The notes beneath the pieces were generated by a model. It had not been told where the DNA came from. It saw only the letters and a program-made list of their open reading frames with translations, and ran no database searches. From the sequence record MN850585.1: 64,000 nt of DNA, one strand, 5' to 3'. The translations under genes and the position numbers were made by a program. Source of the stretch: Escherichia phage skuden. Of the stretch, positions 29,257-46,579 are shown one piece after another (the stretch's first letter is position 1; the number at the start of each line of letters is the position of its first letter).

Positions 29257-30405
29257 TTAAGCTGTTCTCTGCCATACATACAATACGAAGGATGGCTGTT
29301 CAACGCTAAATGCTTGACCAGAACCAGTTGTGCCAGTTGTGCCAGAGTGCGAATGCTCACCTGCTCCGGTTACTGTTACTGTTGCTGAGTGGTTGTGGGA
29401 ACCAATTGCAACAGAATGGCTGTGAGCACCAATCCCAACTGTGTGATTATGCGCACCAATTGCTACAGAGTGAGTGTGGTTGTTAGCTGTTGTCAGCGTA
29501 GCTCTTGGGTCATAGCTTGCCCCCTCAACTGATAAACCTCTCCAACCACCATCAGCATAACCACGATTAATGAATGTTGTTTGTGTTAAACCAGCAGCAC
29601 TGGTTGTTCTGTTACCATAGTCATAAGTAGATACAGTCTTTGTTCCATAGTCAAACGTTGTAGTCCCTTTAGTACCGTAGTCAAAAGCACTGATAGAGGC
29701 CGTTGCACCGTGTGTGTGACCACCACCAGTGACGTATACTGAGTGAGTGTGTGCAGGAATATTGTTAACTGTCAGTGCAGTAGTCTGCGAACCAAACGTT
29801 GAACCAACTGGCCTAGAAGCACTATCATAACCTACAAGTGCTCTTCCTTTTGAAACTAACTCCCAAGTACCCCCACAAATTAAATATGTAGAAGGGTTTG
29901 CAGGATTCATAGAGAGATGGATAGTACCTACTGGATAAGAAGCCTGAACAGCCTTGTACAAGTTATTTACTGCTCTTGCTGTAGCATACTTATCTGCATC
30001 CTCATTATAAAGGTTAGATGTCACCCAGTTCTGAACATTACTTAACCCAACCTGTGCCTTAGTGGTGTTGTGTGGGTTGCTCTTATCATCAATATGTTGT
30101 TGAATAAGATTATTAACCTCTTCTGAAGACATAATCTGTAGATTTGCTCTTGCCTCAGCTACATTAACAATGTCTGATAAGTTATTTTCAGCAACTAACT
30201 GGAGAGCATTAATAACGTTATCTAAACCAATTTGTGTCTTAGTAACACCATGAGGGTTATTTCTTAGGCTTGAGTGTGGAGCAAGTAATTGCTCAAGAGT
30301 ACATCTCTTATCCTCGATACCCTGTTTAAGATGGAAGATATCACTAAGGTCAATTGGTAAGGCTGCTTGAGGCAAGGCACTAATTTGAATTTCACCTACT
30401 GCCAT
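29257..30405 (-). CDS. tail fibre protein (second fibre)
   Basis: 382 aa; C-terminal H-x-H repeats and FDYGTK repeats; C-terminus QAFSVEQPSFVLYVWQRTA parallels SAFSVTNQFYKLMAWVRTA of the long fibre. Confidence 0.7.
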   Translation of the reverse strand: MAVGEIQISALPQAALPIDLSDIFHLKQGIEDKRCTLEQLLAPHSSLRNNPHGVTKTQIGLDNVINALQLVAENNLSDIVNVAEARANLQIMSSEEVNNLIQQHIDDKSNPHNTTKAQVGLSNVQNWVTSNLYNEDADKYATARAVNNLYKAVQASYPVGTIHLSMNPANPSTYLICGGTWELVSKGRALVGYDSASRPVGSTFGSQTTALTVNNIPAHTHSVYVTGGGHTHGATASISAFDYGTKGTTTFDYGTKTVSTYDYGNRTTSAAGLTQTTFINRGYADGGWRGLSVEGASYDPRATLTTANNHTHSVAIGAHNHTVGIGAHSHSVAIGSHNHSATVTVTGAGEHSHSGTTGTTGSGQAFSVEQPSFVLYVWQRTA

Positions 30406-30407
30406 TA

Positions 30408-38405
<7,998 letters not shown>

Positions 38406-38406
<1 letters not shown>

Positions 38407-38645
38407 TACATTTTTCCTGCTCTTCTAAGTTCGTTGTAAGCAATTTCCTCTTTATACGACCTCTGAATCTCAAGAAATTGTCTCAATGATAATAAATCAG
38501 AGAATGTCATAGCAAAGAGTTGGTCAAGTGTTTCTTTACACCCTTCCATACCATAAATAGCAAGCACAAATTTCATCTCGTCTGCTTCTTCATAGGTTGC
38601 CTCTACAGCAGCATCAGTTAGTGGTGTCTGTAGAGTGTTACCCAT
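38406..38645 (-). CDS. tail assembly chaperone, -1 frame extension ORF (GT-type)
   Basis: ORF in the -1 frame relative to the upstream chaperone; reachable from the slippery site with no intervening stop. Confidence 0.6.
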
Positions 38646-38647
38646 GT

Positions 38648-39046
38648 TTACTGAGAAGTTAGGCTTTTGAAAATGCTTGCTTCGAAAAAACTTCCGAAGT
38701 TTGCCTCCAGCGCAAATGCTAAGTAATCAATAAACTCACCGTAGTTTGCTTGGAAGTACGTATCAATATTAAGTGGGAAGTCATCAACAGTTGCCCCTTG
38801 AAATAACAGGGTAGCCATTTCTTCAAGGTTAATTTCTTCAATTCTGTCAAAACAAGCTTCAACAAGTTCTTTAAATGGAACCATTGGAGCTTCTTTCTTA
38901 CCCTTGTCAGTCAGACTTGACAGCATCTGTGCAAAGGTTGGAACAACAATTTTACCCAACTTCATAGACATCTTAATACCATCTCTTGCCCCAAGCAGAA
39001 CGATATTTACTTTCTTACCATTAATTACTCTAGATTCTGTTTTCAT
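38648..39046 (-). CDS. tail assembly chaperone (G-type)
   Basis: 132 aa between tail tube and tape measure; contains slippery heptamer. Confidence 0.6.
   Translation of the reverse strand: MKTESRVINGKKVNIVLLGARDGIKMSMKLGKIVVPTFAQMLSSLTDKGKKEAPMVPFKELVEACFDRIEEINLEEMATLLFQGATVDDFPLNIDTYFQANYGEFIDYLAFALEANFGSFFEASIFKSLTSQ
38684..38690 (-). other. candidate -1 programmed ribosomal frameshift site U UUU UUC
   Basis: Minus-strand heptamer T TTT TTC with in-frame codons UUU UUC, 13 codons before the chaperone stop. Confidence 0.6.
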
Positions 39047-39072
39047 TGTGATTCCTTAATACTTTTAAAAGA

Positions 39073-39107
39073 AACAAAAAAGGGGAAGACCTTTTAAAGT
39101 CTCCCCC
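39073..39107 (-). terminator. rho-independent terminator after the tail tube gene
   Basis: Plus aaacaaaaaaGGGGAAGACcttttaaaGTCTCCCCC; minus RNA hairpin followed by U-run. Confidence 0.5.
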
Positions 39108-39119
39108 TTATAGGATTTA

Positions 39120-39566
39120 TTAAACACTTGACGCTGGAATTGTAGAAGTGTAGTCTAGCTTCTCACAACCAAAAATCCAAGTTTTAGAGTTCTGGTCACG
39201 ACCAAGTTCAATCTGCGGTAATTCCTGCAACCAAGCATTAATACCAGTTGCCAGAACAGAGCCTGATGGGTCGTAGATTACGAAGTTAGAAGAGATATCT
39301 TCTTCAAGTTCCATATTGTCTTGTTTAGCTTGAATTGCAGAAAGCATCTGGTTAGAGAGAGAAGTCTGCATTAACTCAATCTCAATAGTACCTGTCTTGT
39401 CTGCATTTCTTGTCAGAGCAACTTGACCACCTGCACCAACAACTGGTGTCACAAGTGGTGATGTTCTCTGTAGACGCAAGAATGAATCTGGGGCAAAGCC
39501 TTCAATGGCAATACCATTCCAGCTACATACAACGTCTTTAGGGGAATATTGCTGATACATAGCCAT
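39120..39566 (-). CDS. tail tube protein
   Basis: 148 aa immediately downstream of the sheath gene. Confidence 0.55.
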   Translation of the reverse strand: MAMYQQYSPKDVVCSWNGIAIEGFAPDSFLRLQRTSPLVTPVVGAGGQVALTRNADKTGTIEIELMQTSLSNQMLSAIQAKQDNMELEEDISSNFVIYDPSGSVLATGINAWLQELPQIELGRDQNSKTWIFGCEKLDYTSTIPASSV

Positions 39567-39581
39567 TCCAATTTACCTCTA

Positions 39582-40934
39582 TTATTCGTAAGCCACTGTA
39601 CCTTTCAAGTCAACATCCAAGATAGCCCCTGCTAAGATACCTGCGAAGGTAACGTCTTTCAGGATACGTGCTTTCTTGTCTGCTAAAGCAACTTGAGAGG
39701 CTTTAGGAACATTAACTGTGTAAGATGACAGGAAGTTTCTGTTGACTGCTCTTTGCAGAGAGGTTTCAATGACTTGACGAATACGAGTAATACCAGTATC
39801 ATCATAAGTAATCTTACCACCCTTCTGGTTAATTAGCAAGTCTCTCAGAGAAGTTTTCAGGTCTGATTCTAACCAGTCAACACCACGGATGATATCAATC
39901 CATTCCCCACCAGAAGTAATCCCTCTACGAACCACTGGAACACCACCATCAAGGTCAATAAAGTTACAGTGACGTGCATCTAAAGCAGACTTCTGAATAC
40001 TTGTCAGAGGTCTCTGATTAGATGGTTGTAGAGAAGCTGCTACACCAGTTAGCTGAGCATTACCCCAAGCAATCGAACCTGCGTCATATGGAGCACCATA
40101 AGCAATGTATGCCATCTCTGGATAATCTTCTGCTGCTGTGTGATGCCACAAGCAAACTGTACGAGTGTACATATTCTTAGCAAGCTGTGCTGGAACATCA
40201 TTTGCACTGGCTAATTCTGTGCCTTGCAGTGCTGCTACATCTGAGTTAGCCGTAAAGAAGATTTTCTTGCGAGCCTGAATCTCAGAAGCCATTGCTAAGA
40301 CAAACTGTTGAGTTCTGTCTTCTGCTGCAATGAAATACCAGTCAGTAGAATAAGCTTCGATAGCTGCCAGAGCAGTTGATGCTGTATCGGCAGTTGTACT
40401 TGCAATGTATACAGTCTGTGCTGTGGTTGTTACTTTCACAAAGTCATTATCACCAGCTTTGGTAATAATCATTGTGGCAGAGCCATTGCTACCAGTTACA
40501 TTCACAGAAACCTTATCTTTGATTGTTGGGTCAGCTTCAATCTGTGTTTTAAACTGTTGCAACACTACCTCAGCAGTGTCTGAGTCTTGTGCTGTGTACT
40601 GGTATGGTTGAGAAATTCCACCGCCAGCAGCTACAGTAATTGAGTAGTCTGTACTTTCGGTAACGGCATCAGGAATTGATACAGTGTACTGCATAGCACG
40701 TCTACCAATATAAAGCTGAGTTACTTTAGGAGTCTGACTCCAAAGTTGTTTAGCAGCCTTATATGCAGCAGAGTTTTCATCGAAATCTTCAGCAACTTCA
40801 GTTAAGGAAGTGTAACCACGGACTCTTTCTTCAAAGTTATCTGTTGAAGCTAAGAATAGTGGCAAACCAAAACCTTCTCTTGTAGTTCCTGCGGTGTTCA
40901 ATGTAATATCTACATTAACAATTGGATTCCACAT
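39582..40934 (-). CDS. tail sheath protein
   Basis: 450 aa, position upstream of tube and chaperones; contractile-tail gene order. Confidence 0.55.
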   Translation of the reverse strand: MWNPIVNVDITLNTAGTTREGFGLPLFLASTDNFEERVRGYTSLTEVAEDFDENSAAYKAAKQLWSQTPKVTQLYIGRRAMQYTVSIPDAVTESTDYSITVAAGGGISQPYQYTAQDSDTAEVVLQQFKTQIEADPTIKDKVSVNVTGSNGSATMIITKAGDNDFVKVTTTAQTVYIASTTADTASTALAAIEAYSTDWYFIAAEDRTQQFVLAMASEIQARKKIFFTANSDVAALQGTELASANDVPAQLAKNMYTRTVCLWHHTAAEDYPEMAYIAYGAPYDAGSIAWGNAQLTGVAASLQPSNQRPLTSIQKSALDARHCNFIDLDGGVPVVRRGITSGGEWIDIIRGVDWLESDLKTSLRDLLINQKGGKITYDDTGITRIRQVIETSLQRAVNRNFLSSYTVNVPKASQVALADKKARILKDVTFAGILAGAILDVDLKGTVAYE

Positions 40935-41534
40935 TTATTTTACCCCTTTGGAGTCTACATCTAGATGGATAGTATATTCTGGTGGCTCTTGTCCTTCTTC
41001 ATAAACTAACTCACCATCAACAATGACACGCTCAATAATACTTCCACGTTCATCTTTCAGGACTGAGTTTTTTACAAGAGTTACAACAAGAGGTGCAGAA
41101 TTTTCGAAATCTGTATTGAGATAAGTGTAATCATTTGGGATTGCTCCAGTGTCCAGTACTGTAGCTCCTGTTTCTTCAAGAATTAAATCTCTGACTGAAC
41201 TCATCTCTAATCGTTGTTTAAGCTCAAGCATAATACTGTGAGCACCTTTACCATTCACCGTAATTAGTACAGGAATCTGAAAAGCAATTCTGTAGCAAAC
41301 TACATCATCCTCAACAAACTTATCAAGAACCCAACCATAAGGTGTTGCAGCATCTTGACAATATACGGTAATAAATGGCTGGTCAGGTTTTAAACCTTTG
41401 TCATTTGAGTTATCAGAAGGGTAAGCTCTAATTACGTTTGGTCTATTATTTTTATCACGAGCTAGTCTGTGACCAATAACATCCACTAAGGTTCTAACTA
41501 GACCTTTTTCAAGTTCTGCTGTTTCTAACTGCAT
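40935..41534 (-). CDS. tail completion / head-tail joining protein
   Basis: 199 aa, synteny. Confidence 0.3.
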   Translation of the reverse strand: MQLETAELEKGLVRTLVDVIGHRLARDKNNRPNVIRAYPSDNSNDKGLKPDQPFITVYCQDAATPYGWVLDKFVEDDVVCYRIAFQIPVLITVNGKGAHSIMLELKQRLEMSSVRDLILEETGATVLDTGAIPNDYTYLNTDFENSAPLVVTLVKNSVLKDERGSIIERVIVDGELVYEEGQEPPEYTIHLDVDSKGVK

Positions 41535-41910
41535 TCATTTTATCCCTTCTAATAATGATATATTCATAATGGGACGTATGGGCTAATTGCTGTGACCAAT
41601 CCATAGTCATAAATACTTCATACTCATGACCATCAATCATAACAATGTCAGACTCATTCCACTCTACATCATCTGAAGTTCTAAGCTTATATGTGGTATA
41701 CAGGATTCTTGTATCAGTAAGTCTAATACCTTCCGGTAAAGCAATCTGTGTACCGTTCTTTACAGAACCTTTGATATATGGCTGGATATTACCTTTACAG
41801 TTAACCTCTACAATATCTTGTGAAGCTACCCAATCACCATCATCGTTATAATAACCGTCTTCAGAGACTTTACGCTTTACTACAAAGCTGTGTCTGTTTA
41901 AGAGTCTCAT
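41509..41910 (-). CDS. head-tail connector protein
   Basis: 133 aa, synteny. Confidence 0.3.
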   Translation of the reverse strand: MRLLNRHSFVVKRKVSEDGYYNDDGDWVASQDIVEVNCKGNIQPYIKGSVKNGTQIALPEGIRLTDTRILYTTYKLRTSDDVEWNESDIVMIDGHEYEVFMTMDWSQQLAHTSHYEYIIIRRDKMNAVRNSRT

Positions 41911-42389
41911 TTCTTAATACCCTTCTTAGTAGAAATTTTATAAGCAAGGTTATCCCTTAAGTCACCTGTCTCAACAAGAGGTGCGTTAAAGCCTTTTTTC
42001 TTGACTGTGGAAGGTGCGTTAGGAGGGAGGATAGCAGAATTACCAAAACCTCTTTTAATTGCCTTTTGAGCATTCTTTGCAAATGCTTCTAAGGTATTTG
42101 AAGGGTCTGTGTTGAGACTGCTAAGTTGCTTATATAGATTCTTCTTAGTCTGCTCTAACAAGGTCTGTTTGTTTAGCATCATAGTGATTTCAAACAACCT
42201 ACGATATACTTTACCAGAAGCTGAAGGAACCCCAATAACTTCTTGTAAATACATTAAAGCAGGATAAGAAAAACCAGAGCTATGTTGACCTTGTTCTTGA
42301 AAATACCCAACTTGAGCATTAGCCGTTTGCAAGTTCTTCATAGCCCCGACTAATTTTGCTCTAGCGGGGTGAATAACCCTTTTAACCAT
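41907..42389 (-). CDS. head-tail connector protein
   Basis: 160 aa, synteny. Confidence 0.3.
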   Translation of the reverse strand: MVKRVIHPARAKLVGAMKNLQTANAQVGYFQEQGQHSSGFSYPALMYLQEVIGVPSASGKVYRRLFEITMMLNKQTLLEQTKKNLYKQLSSLNTDPSNTLEAFAKNAQKAIKRGFGNSAILPPNAPSTVKKKGFNAPLVETGDLRDNLAYKISTKKGIKK

Positions 42390-42838
42390 TATTCATCTCG
42401 CTCGATAATAAATACGCCATTAACACGGTTGCAGTAATCTCTGCCTTCGTATCTGGCAGCATCACCATATTCTGTGTATTTCTTGACAGAGCAAGGATTC
42501 TGACGACGCATGTCAATATCACACTGATTAATACCACCTGCATAGGGTAGTCCTGAAACAGAGCTTTTAACAAGGTCGTCATAAACAGCTTTCAGAGATT
42601 TGAATCTGGAAGAGTTACGTAAATAAACACCACCAACCTTCTCATCTCCCATCTTGGCTACTTGAAAGAGTAAATATTTAAGAGCTTTGATGGCTGCTTT
42701 CTTTTCATCCTTTCCAGATTCTAGATAGAACCACTCTAGCACAGACTGTTCAATAAGAATTTCATCATTATTGGTGTCTGTGCAGAGGATTCTTACTCTA
42801 TCAAGAGGGTTATTGGCTGGGTCGCCTGTATAACACAT
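42389..42838 (-). CDS. head completion protein
   Basis: 149 aa, synteny. Confidence 0.3.
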   Translation of the reverse strand: MCYTGDPANNPLDRVRILCTDTNNDEILIEQSVLEWFYLESGKDEKKAAIKALKYLLFQVAKMGDEKVGGVYLRNSSRFKSLKAVYDDLVKSSVSGLPYAGGINQCDIDMRRQNPCSVKKYTEYGDAARYEGRDYCNRVNGVFIIERDE

Positions 42839-42859
42839 TCATAACCCTCCTTAAGAATA

Positions 42860-43966
42860 TCATTCGCTTTTAGCGTCAGCGCGAACATCTACCAGCAACT
42901 GAGGACGAGTACAGTATGGCAGCATGTAAGAGTGAGCTTCGAAGTCAATACCTTCGTCACGGTCTTTTTCGTATTCGAATACGTACAGTTCCTGACCAAG
43001 TGTATTTGCGTAACCCATCTTAGGACATGGACCATATGCAACTTCGAAGATGTTGTTAGCTTCACCCAGCATAGCTACGTTAGGGAAAGCATGACCAACA
43101 CCAACAGTGTCTGCTACGCTGTCAATGCTAACCAGAGTGTGAACCTTACCACGCTTGTCTTTGAACTTACCGTTGTACTGGACAAACTTAACACCACCGT
43201 AGTAGAAAGTATTCATATGAGCCTGAACGCCGTCAGCACCACCAGTTCTCAGAGAACCAGTAATCTGTTGCCAAGCCAGTGGAGTTTGCTGTGCAAGATA
43301 AGCGTCACGAATCTTAGGATGCTTAACCAGTTTGCTGAAGAATACACGGTCAACAACTACGTGAATCTCTTCACCGTTGATTACAGTGCCAGTCTTAGCT
43401 TCATCTTCCATGTGCATACGCAGTTCTTCAATAGAAGCGTCGATATCAGCATTAGGATTGTCAAGGTCGAAGTAAATAGTCTTCTTCTCAACGTCGAACT
43501 GCTTGTACAGGTCAGCGTACAGAGTACCACGAGCATCAACAACTTTACCCTTCAGAGCTTGCATAAACAGGAACTCACGAGTAATATCGAACTTGGTACG
43601 AATCTTCATCAGCTTCTTAGCACGTACTACAGCTTCAGTAGTCAGTTCGTTTGCAGTGCCTGGCTGACGTACACCCTGAATTTCATCAGGAGTGATGCTT
43701 TCAACTTCTTTGAAGTACATCATTGGGAAGCTGATTTGACGAACACGCTCAGGTGCGCTAGTCTCTGCTTTACGGCTATCACGGTCTACCGCATCAAGCA
43801 AGCTAACATCCCAATCAGTCAAGTCCATAAGGAAAGTAGTTTGGGTGATTGGTGCTGAACGGAACAGACCTAAGTTGGAAATATACCCATAAGTATTTGG
43901 GATAGACTGGACTTCACCAGTCAGGTCAGCAAGGAAAAATCTGCTTTTTTCAGAATTAGTCAACAT
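42860..43966 (-). CDS. major capsid protein (lambda gpE-like)
   Basis: 368 aa with GC-rich third-position codon usage typical of highly expressed genes; follows protease and a small decoration-like gene. Confidence 0.65.
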   Translation of the reverse strand: MLTNSEKSRFFLADLTGEVQSIPNTYGYISNLGLFRSAPITQTTFLMDLTDWDVSLLDAVDRDSRKAETSAPERVRQISFPMMYFKEVESITPDEIQGVRQPGTANELTTEAVVRAKKLMKIRTKFDITREFLFMQALKGKVVDARGTLYADLYKQFDVEKKTIYFDLDNPNADIDASIEELRMHMEDEAKTGTVINGEEIHVVVDRVFFSKLVKHPKIRDAYLAQQTPLAWQQITGSLRTGGADGVQAHMNTFYYGGVKFVQYNGKFKDKRGKVHTLVSIDSVADTVGVGHAFPNVAMLGEANNIFEVAYGPCPKMGYANTLGQELYVFEYEKDRDEGIDFEAHSYMLPYCTRPQLLVDVRADAKSE

Positions 43967-43999
43967 TGTAAAATTCTCCAGAATGTCTTATTATTGTTA

Positions 44000-44377
44000 T
44001 TACAGGCCAGTTGGTACGAAATCAATACCTTTAGCAGCCAGAGCTTTCTTGACTTCAGTAGCATCAACGCTTGATTCAAGAGTTAGCAGGTCTTTCAGTT
44101 CTGCATCACGGTGGATACCTACTACTTTCAACTGACCATGATAAGACAGTTGCAGGTCTGCGTAGAAATTAACGATACATACAGAGTCTGCTTGGGCTTC
44201 TTCTCCAGCTTGTACCTTAGTACCATCTGCTTTCAGAACTTCACCTACACGATACTCTGTAGATGCCTGTGGAGTGTACTCTTTACGAGAGTGGCCTGTT
44301 GGGGTAATCTGTTCCCAAAGAATGATATCATTCAGAGGTTCTCTGTTACCTAACTTAGTAAAACCTTGATATGCCAT
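44000..44377 (-). CDS. head decoration protein (lambda gpD-like position)
   Basis: 125 aa between protease/scaffold and capsid gene. Confidence 0.4.
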   Translation of the reverse strand: MAYQGFTKLGNREPLNDIILWEQITPTGHSRKEYTPQASTEYRVGEVLKADGTKVQAGEEAQADSVCIVNFYADLQLSYHGQLKVVGIHRDAELKDLLTLESSVDATEVKKALAAKGIDFVPTGL

Positions 44378-44388
44378 TATTTTGTTCC

Positions 44389-45735
44389 TTATTTGATAAG
44401 AGATTTTAGAGCATTCTGGAGAGCCAGTTTGCGTTGTTCAGCGGTGTCTTCGGAAGCATTCTTAGCTGGTTCTTTTTCTTCTTCAACCAAATCAGCTTCG
44501 CCGTCATTACCCATTTCTTCCATAGCATTAGAATGTTCAAGAACAGCACCAGCAGTTTCTTTCAGCTTGGTAATTTCTGATTCTTTTTCTTCCATTGCAG
44601 AAGCATGGGACGCGATAGTTTCATTAAGTTTCTGGTTAGCACCTTCCATAGCATTCATAAACAGAACACTCAGAGGGTTGTCAAGACCAGCACCTAAAAT
44701 AGTCGTTGCAGCTTCTTTTGCATCAAATCCAAAAGCTTCAGCAGAAGCAGAAATCTTATTAGTCAAATCTGACAAAGCAGCTTCCTGTTCTTTAGCTTTC
44801 ATTTGAGCAACCTGAAGACGCAAAGCTTCTAGTTCTTGCTTTTCTTGTTCAGTCATTTCTTCACCTGAATTGTTAACGTTTAAACTTACAGGAGCCTCTT
44901 CAGAACCTTGTAAGTAATTTAAGAAATCATCTTGAGACATGATTGAGTTAATTAAACCAAGTTCAAGAGCTTCCTGAGCAGAATAAACATTCGCCTCAGT
45001 ATTCTTTACAGCTTCTTCAGAGAGTTTACGAGATTCAGCTACAAAACCTGTAAAGGTTGCGTAGGTATCATTAATTCTCTTTTGAAGTCTTTCTTTGCTT
45101 TCTTCTGAGAGTGCTTGGAATGGTGAACCCATACCTTTAAACTCACCAGCTTTGATGACGTTAATTGTTACGCCATTCTTTTCAAATGCTTTAGTTAATT
45201 CCTGATGAACCATAATTACACCAATAGAACCAACATCTGCATCTGGTGATGCAATAATTTCTTCAGCAGAAGATGCAAGAGCGTATGCAGCGGAACAAGC
45301 GAACTCATCTACATAAGCAATAATTTTCTTTTGGCCTCTTGAAGCCATAATGTGACGTGCTAATTCAAAGCAACCTGAAGCTTCACCACCACCAGAATCG
45401 ATATGCAGAACAATAGTCTTGATTGACTCATCTGCTAAAGCTTCGTCAAAGCCTCTGCGCAAACCTTCATAAGAGCTTAATCCACCTGTACACATTGCAT
45501 CAATGAATGTCATACGATGGGTTAAACCACCCATAATAGGGATAATAGCAATGTCATCTTTTACTTTTAAAAGACTTCTTGCTTCACCTTTGGGTTTATC
45601 AAAGTTTACTGCTGCTTGGACATCACCCAGCAATCTGTTATTCACATAAGTTGCTGCTGAGTGAGCTAATGATTCAGTGGCTAGTAAAGGTTGGTTGAAT
45701 AATCTATCAGCAAGTCTGAAGATATTCGAACTCAT
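44389..45735 (-). CDS. prohead protease (S49/ClpP-like) fused to a scaffold-like coiled-coil domain
   Basis: IVLHIDSGGGEASG...YVDEFACSAAYALAS resembles S49 peptidase core; C-terminal half is E/K/A-rich coiled coil. Confidence 0.75.
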   Translation of the reverse strand: MSSNIFRLADRLFNQPLLATESLAHSAATYVNNRLLGDVQAAVNFDKPKGEARSLLKVKDDIAIIPIMGGLTHRMTFIDAMCTGGLSSYEGLRRGFDEALADESIKTIVLHIDSGGGEASGCFELARHIMASRGQKKIIAYVDEFACSAAYALASSAEEIIASPDADVGSIGVIMVHQELTKAFEKNGVTINVIKAGEFKGMGSPFQALSEESKERLQKRINDTYATFTGFVAESRKLSEEAVKNTEANVYSAQEALELGLINSIMSQDDFLNYLQGSEEAPVSLNVNNSGEEMTEQEKQELEALRLQVAQMKAKEQEAALSDLTNKISASAEAFGFDAKEAATTILGAGLDNPLSVLFMNAMEGANQKLNETIASHASAMEEKESEITKLKETAGAVLEHSNAMEEMGNDGEADLVEEEKEPAKNASEDTAEQRKLALQNALKSLIK

Positions 45736-45746
45736 TTTTACTCACC

Positions 45747-46079
45747 CTATTTGTTTAAATCTACAGAGACTGAAGAGATAACATAGATACCTTCTTCAGC
45801 AAAGAATTGAGGTTTGCTAAGAGCACCAGTTGCCACGCATTTATCGTTAGCATCCCACAAGCTATAGTGTGAGACCGTTGCAGAAGCTGGAACAGTAATA
45901 TTAACTGTATCTTCTGAGGCAATTAAGCCATTATCCGGTTCAGAAAAATAAATAGCCACTGGCTGAGTAACCTTATTTGCTGTAGGGTCTGCCGTTGGGT
46001 CTACATTGTGTAAAATAATAGTCGTTGGGGTTAGCGTGGCGAGGATTTTATTCTTACCATCAATAGTTAATGTTCCCAT
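45747..46079 (-). CDS. hypothetical protein
   Basis: ORF track 110 aa. Confidence 0.4.
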   Translation of the reverse strand: MGTLTIDGKNKILATLTPTTIILHNVDPTADPTANKVTQPVAIYFSEPDNGLIASEDTVNITVPASATVSHYSLWDANDKCVATGALSKPQFFAEEGIYVISSVSVDLNK

Positions 46080-46579
46080 TAATTAAACCTTACTTTTTGT
46101 TTAAGGACTGTTGAATGGTTACCAGATTCATCTACCACATTTACAATCATATCATATACTTTGCCTTTGACAAGTACTTTGTAATCATTTTGTGAAAAAA
46201 TGTATTCAAGTCTGTTTGTTTCTTTATTAACTGTCATTGGAGATTGAAATGCAGTGTCGAGGGTAATGAAAGCGGCTTCAATGCTATTAACATTGATACG
46301 TTTATTCTCGCAGTTATATAACTTTACACCCAAAAGGCATGAACTGTCAAATGGAATTTTAACAATTTCACTACAATTTCCTGAAATAAACGGTTTTCCA
46401 CTCATTGGTGCATCAAGTAACCTGCAAATAGTGAAAACGTCAGAGGTTCCACCATCACTTACATAACCTGAAAGGCTGACCCTTGAGCCAGCCTCTACAG
46501 ATAATTTGTCAGTGATAATAAGAACACCTCTATACGAATGCACTCGTGTAGCATTTGAAATAGAGATAACTTCAGCCAT
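46079..46579 (-). CDS. hypothetical protein
   Basis: ORF track 166 aa. Confidence 0.4.
   Translation of the reverse strand: MAEVISISNATRVHSYRGVLIITDKLSVEAGSRVSLSGYVSDGGTSDVFTICRLLDAPMSGKPFISGNCSEIVKIPFDSSCLLGVKLYNCENKRINVNSIEAAFITLDTAFQSPMTVNKETNRLEYIFSQNDYKVLVKGKVYDMIVNVVDESGNHSTVLKQKVRFN

Noticed and set aside
26865-30405. Possible CRISPR array, considered because of repeated His/Gly-coding units in the tail fibre genes and the 28-nt repeats in the tRNA cluster
   Set aside because: Repeats are in-frame coding repeats or only two exact copies with irregular spacing; no cas genes; not CRISPR-like.
42932-43858. 308-aa plus-strand ORF antisense to the major capsid gene
   Set aside because: Shadow ORF on the opposite strand of a highly expressed, well-supported gene; low-complexity translation.
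44366-44806. 146-aa plus-strand ORF antisense to the prohead protease gene
   Set aside because: Ala/Ser-rich shadow frame of the protease-scaffold gene.
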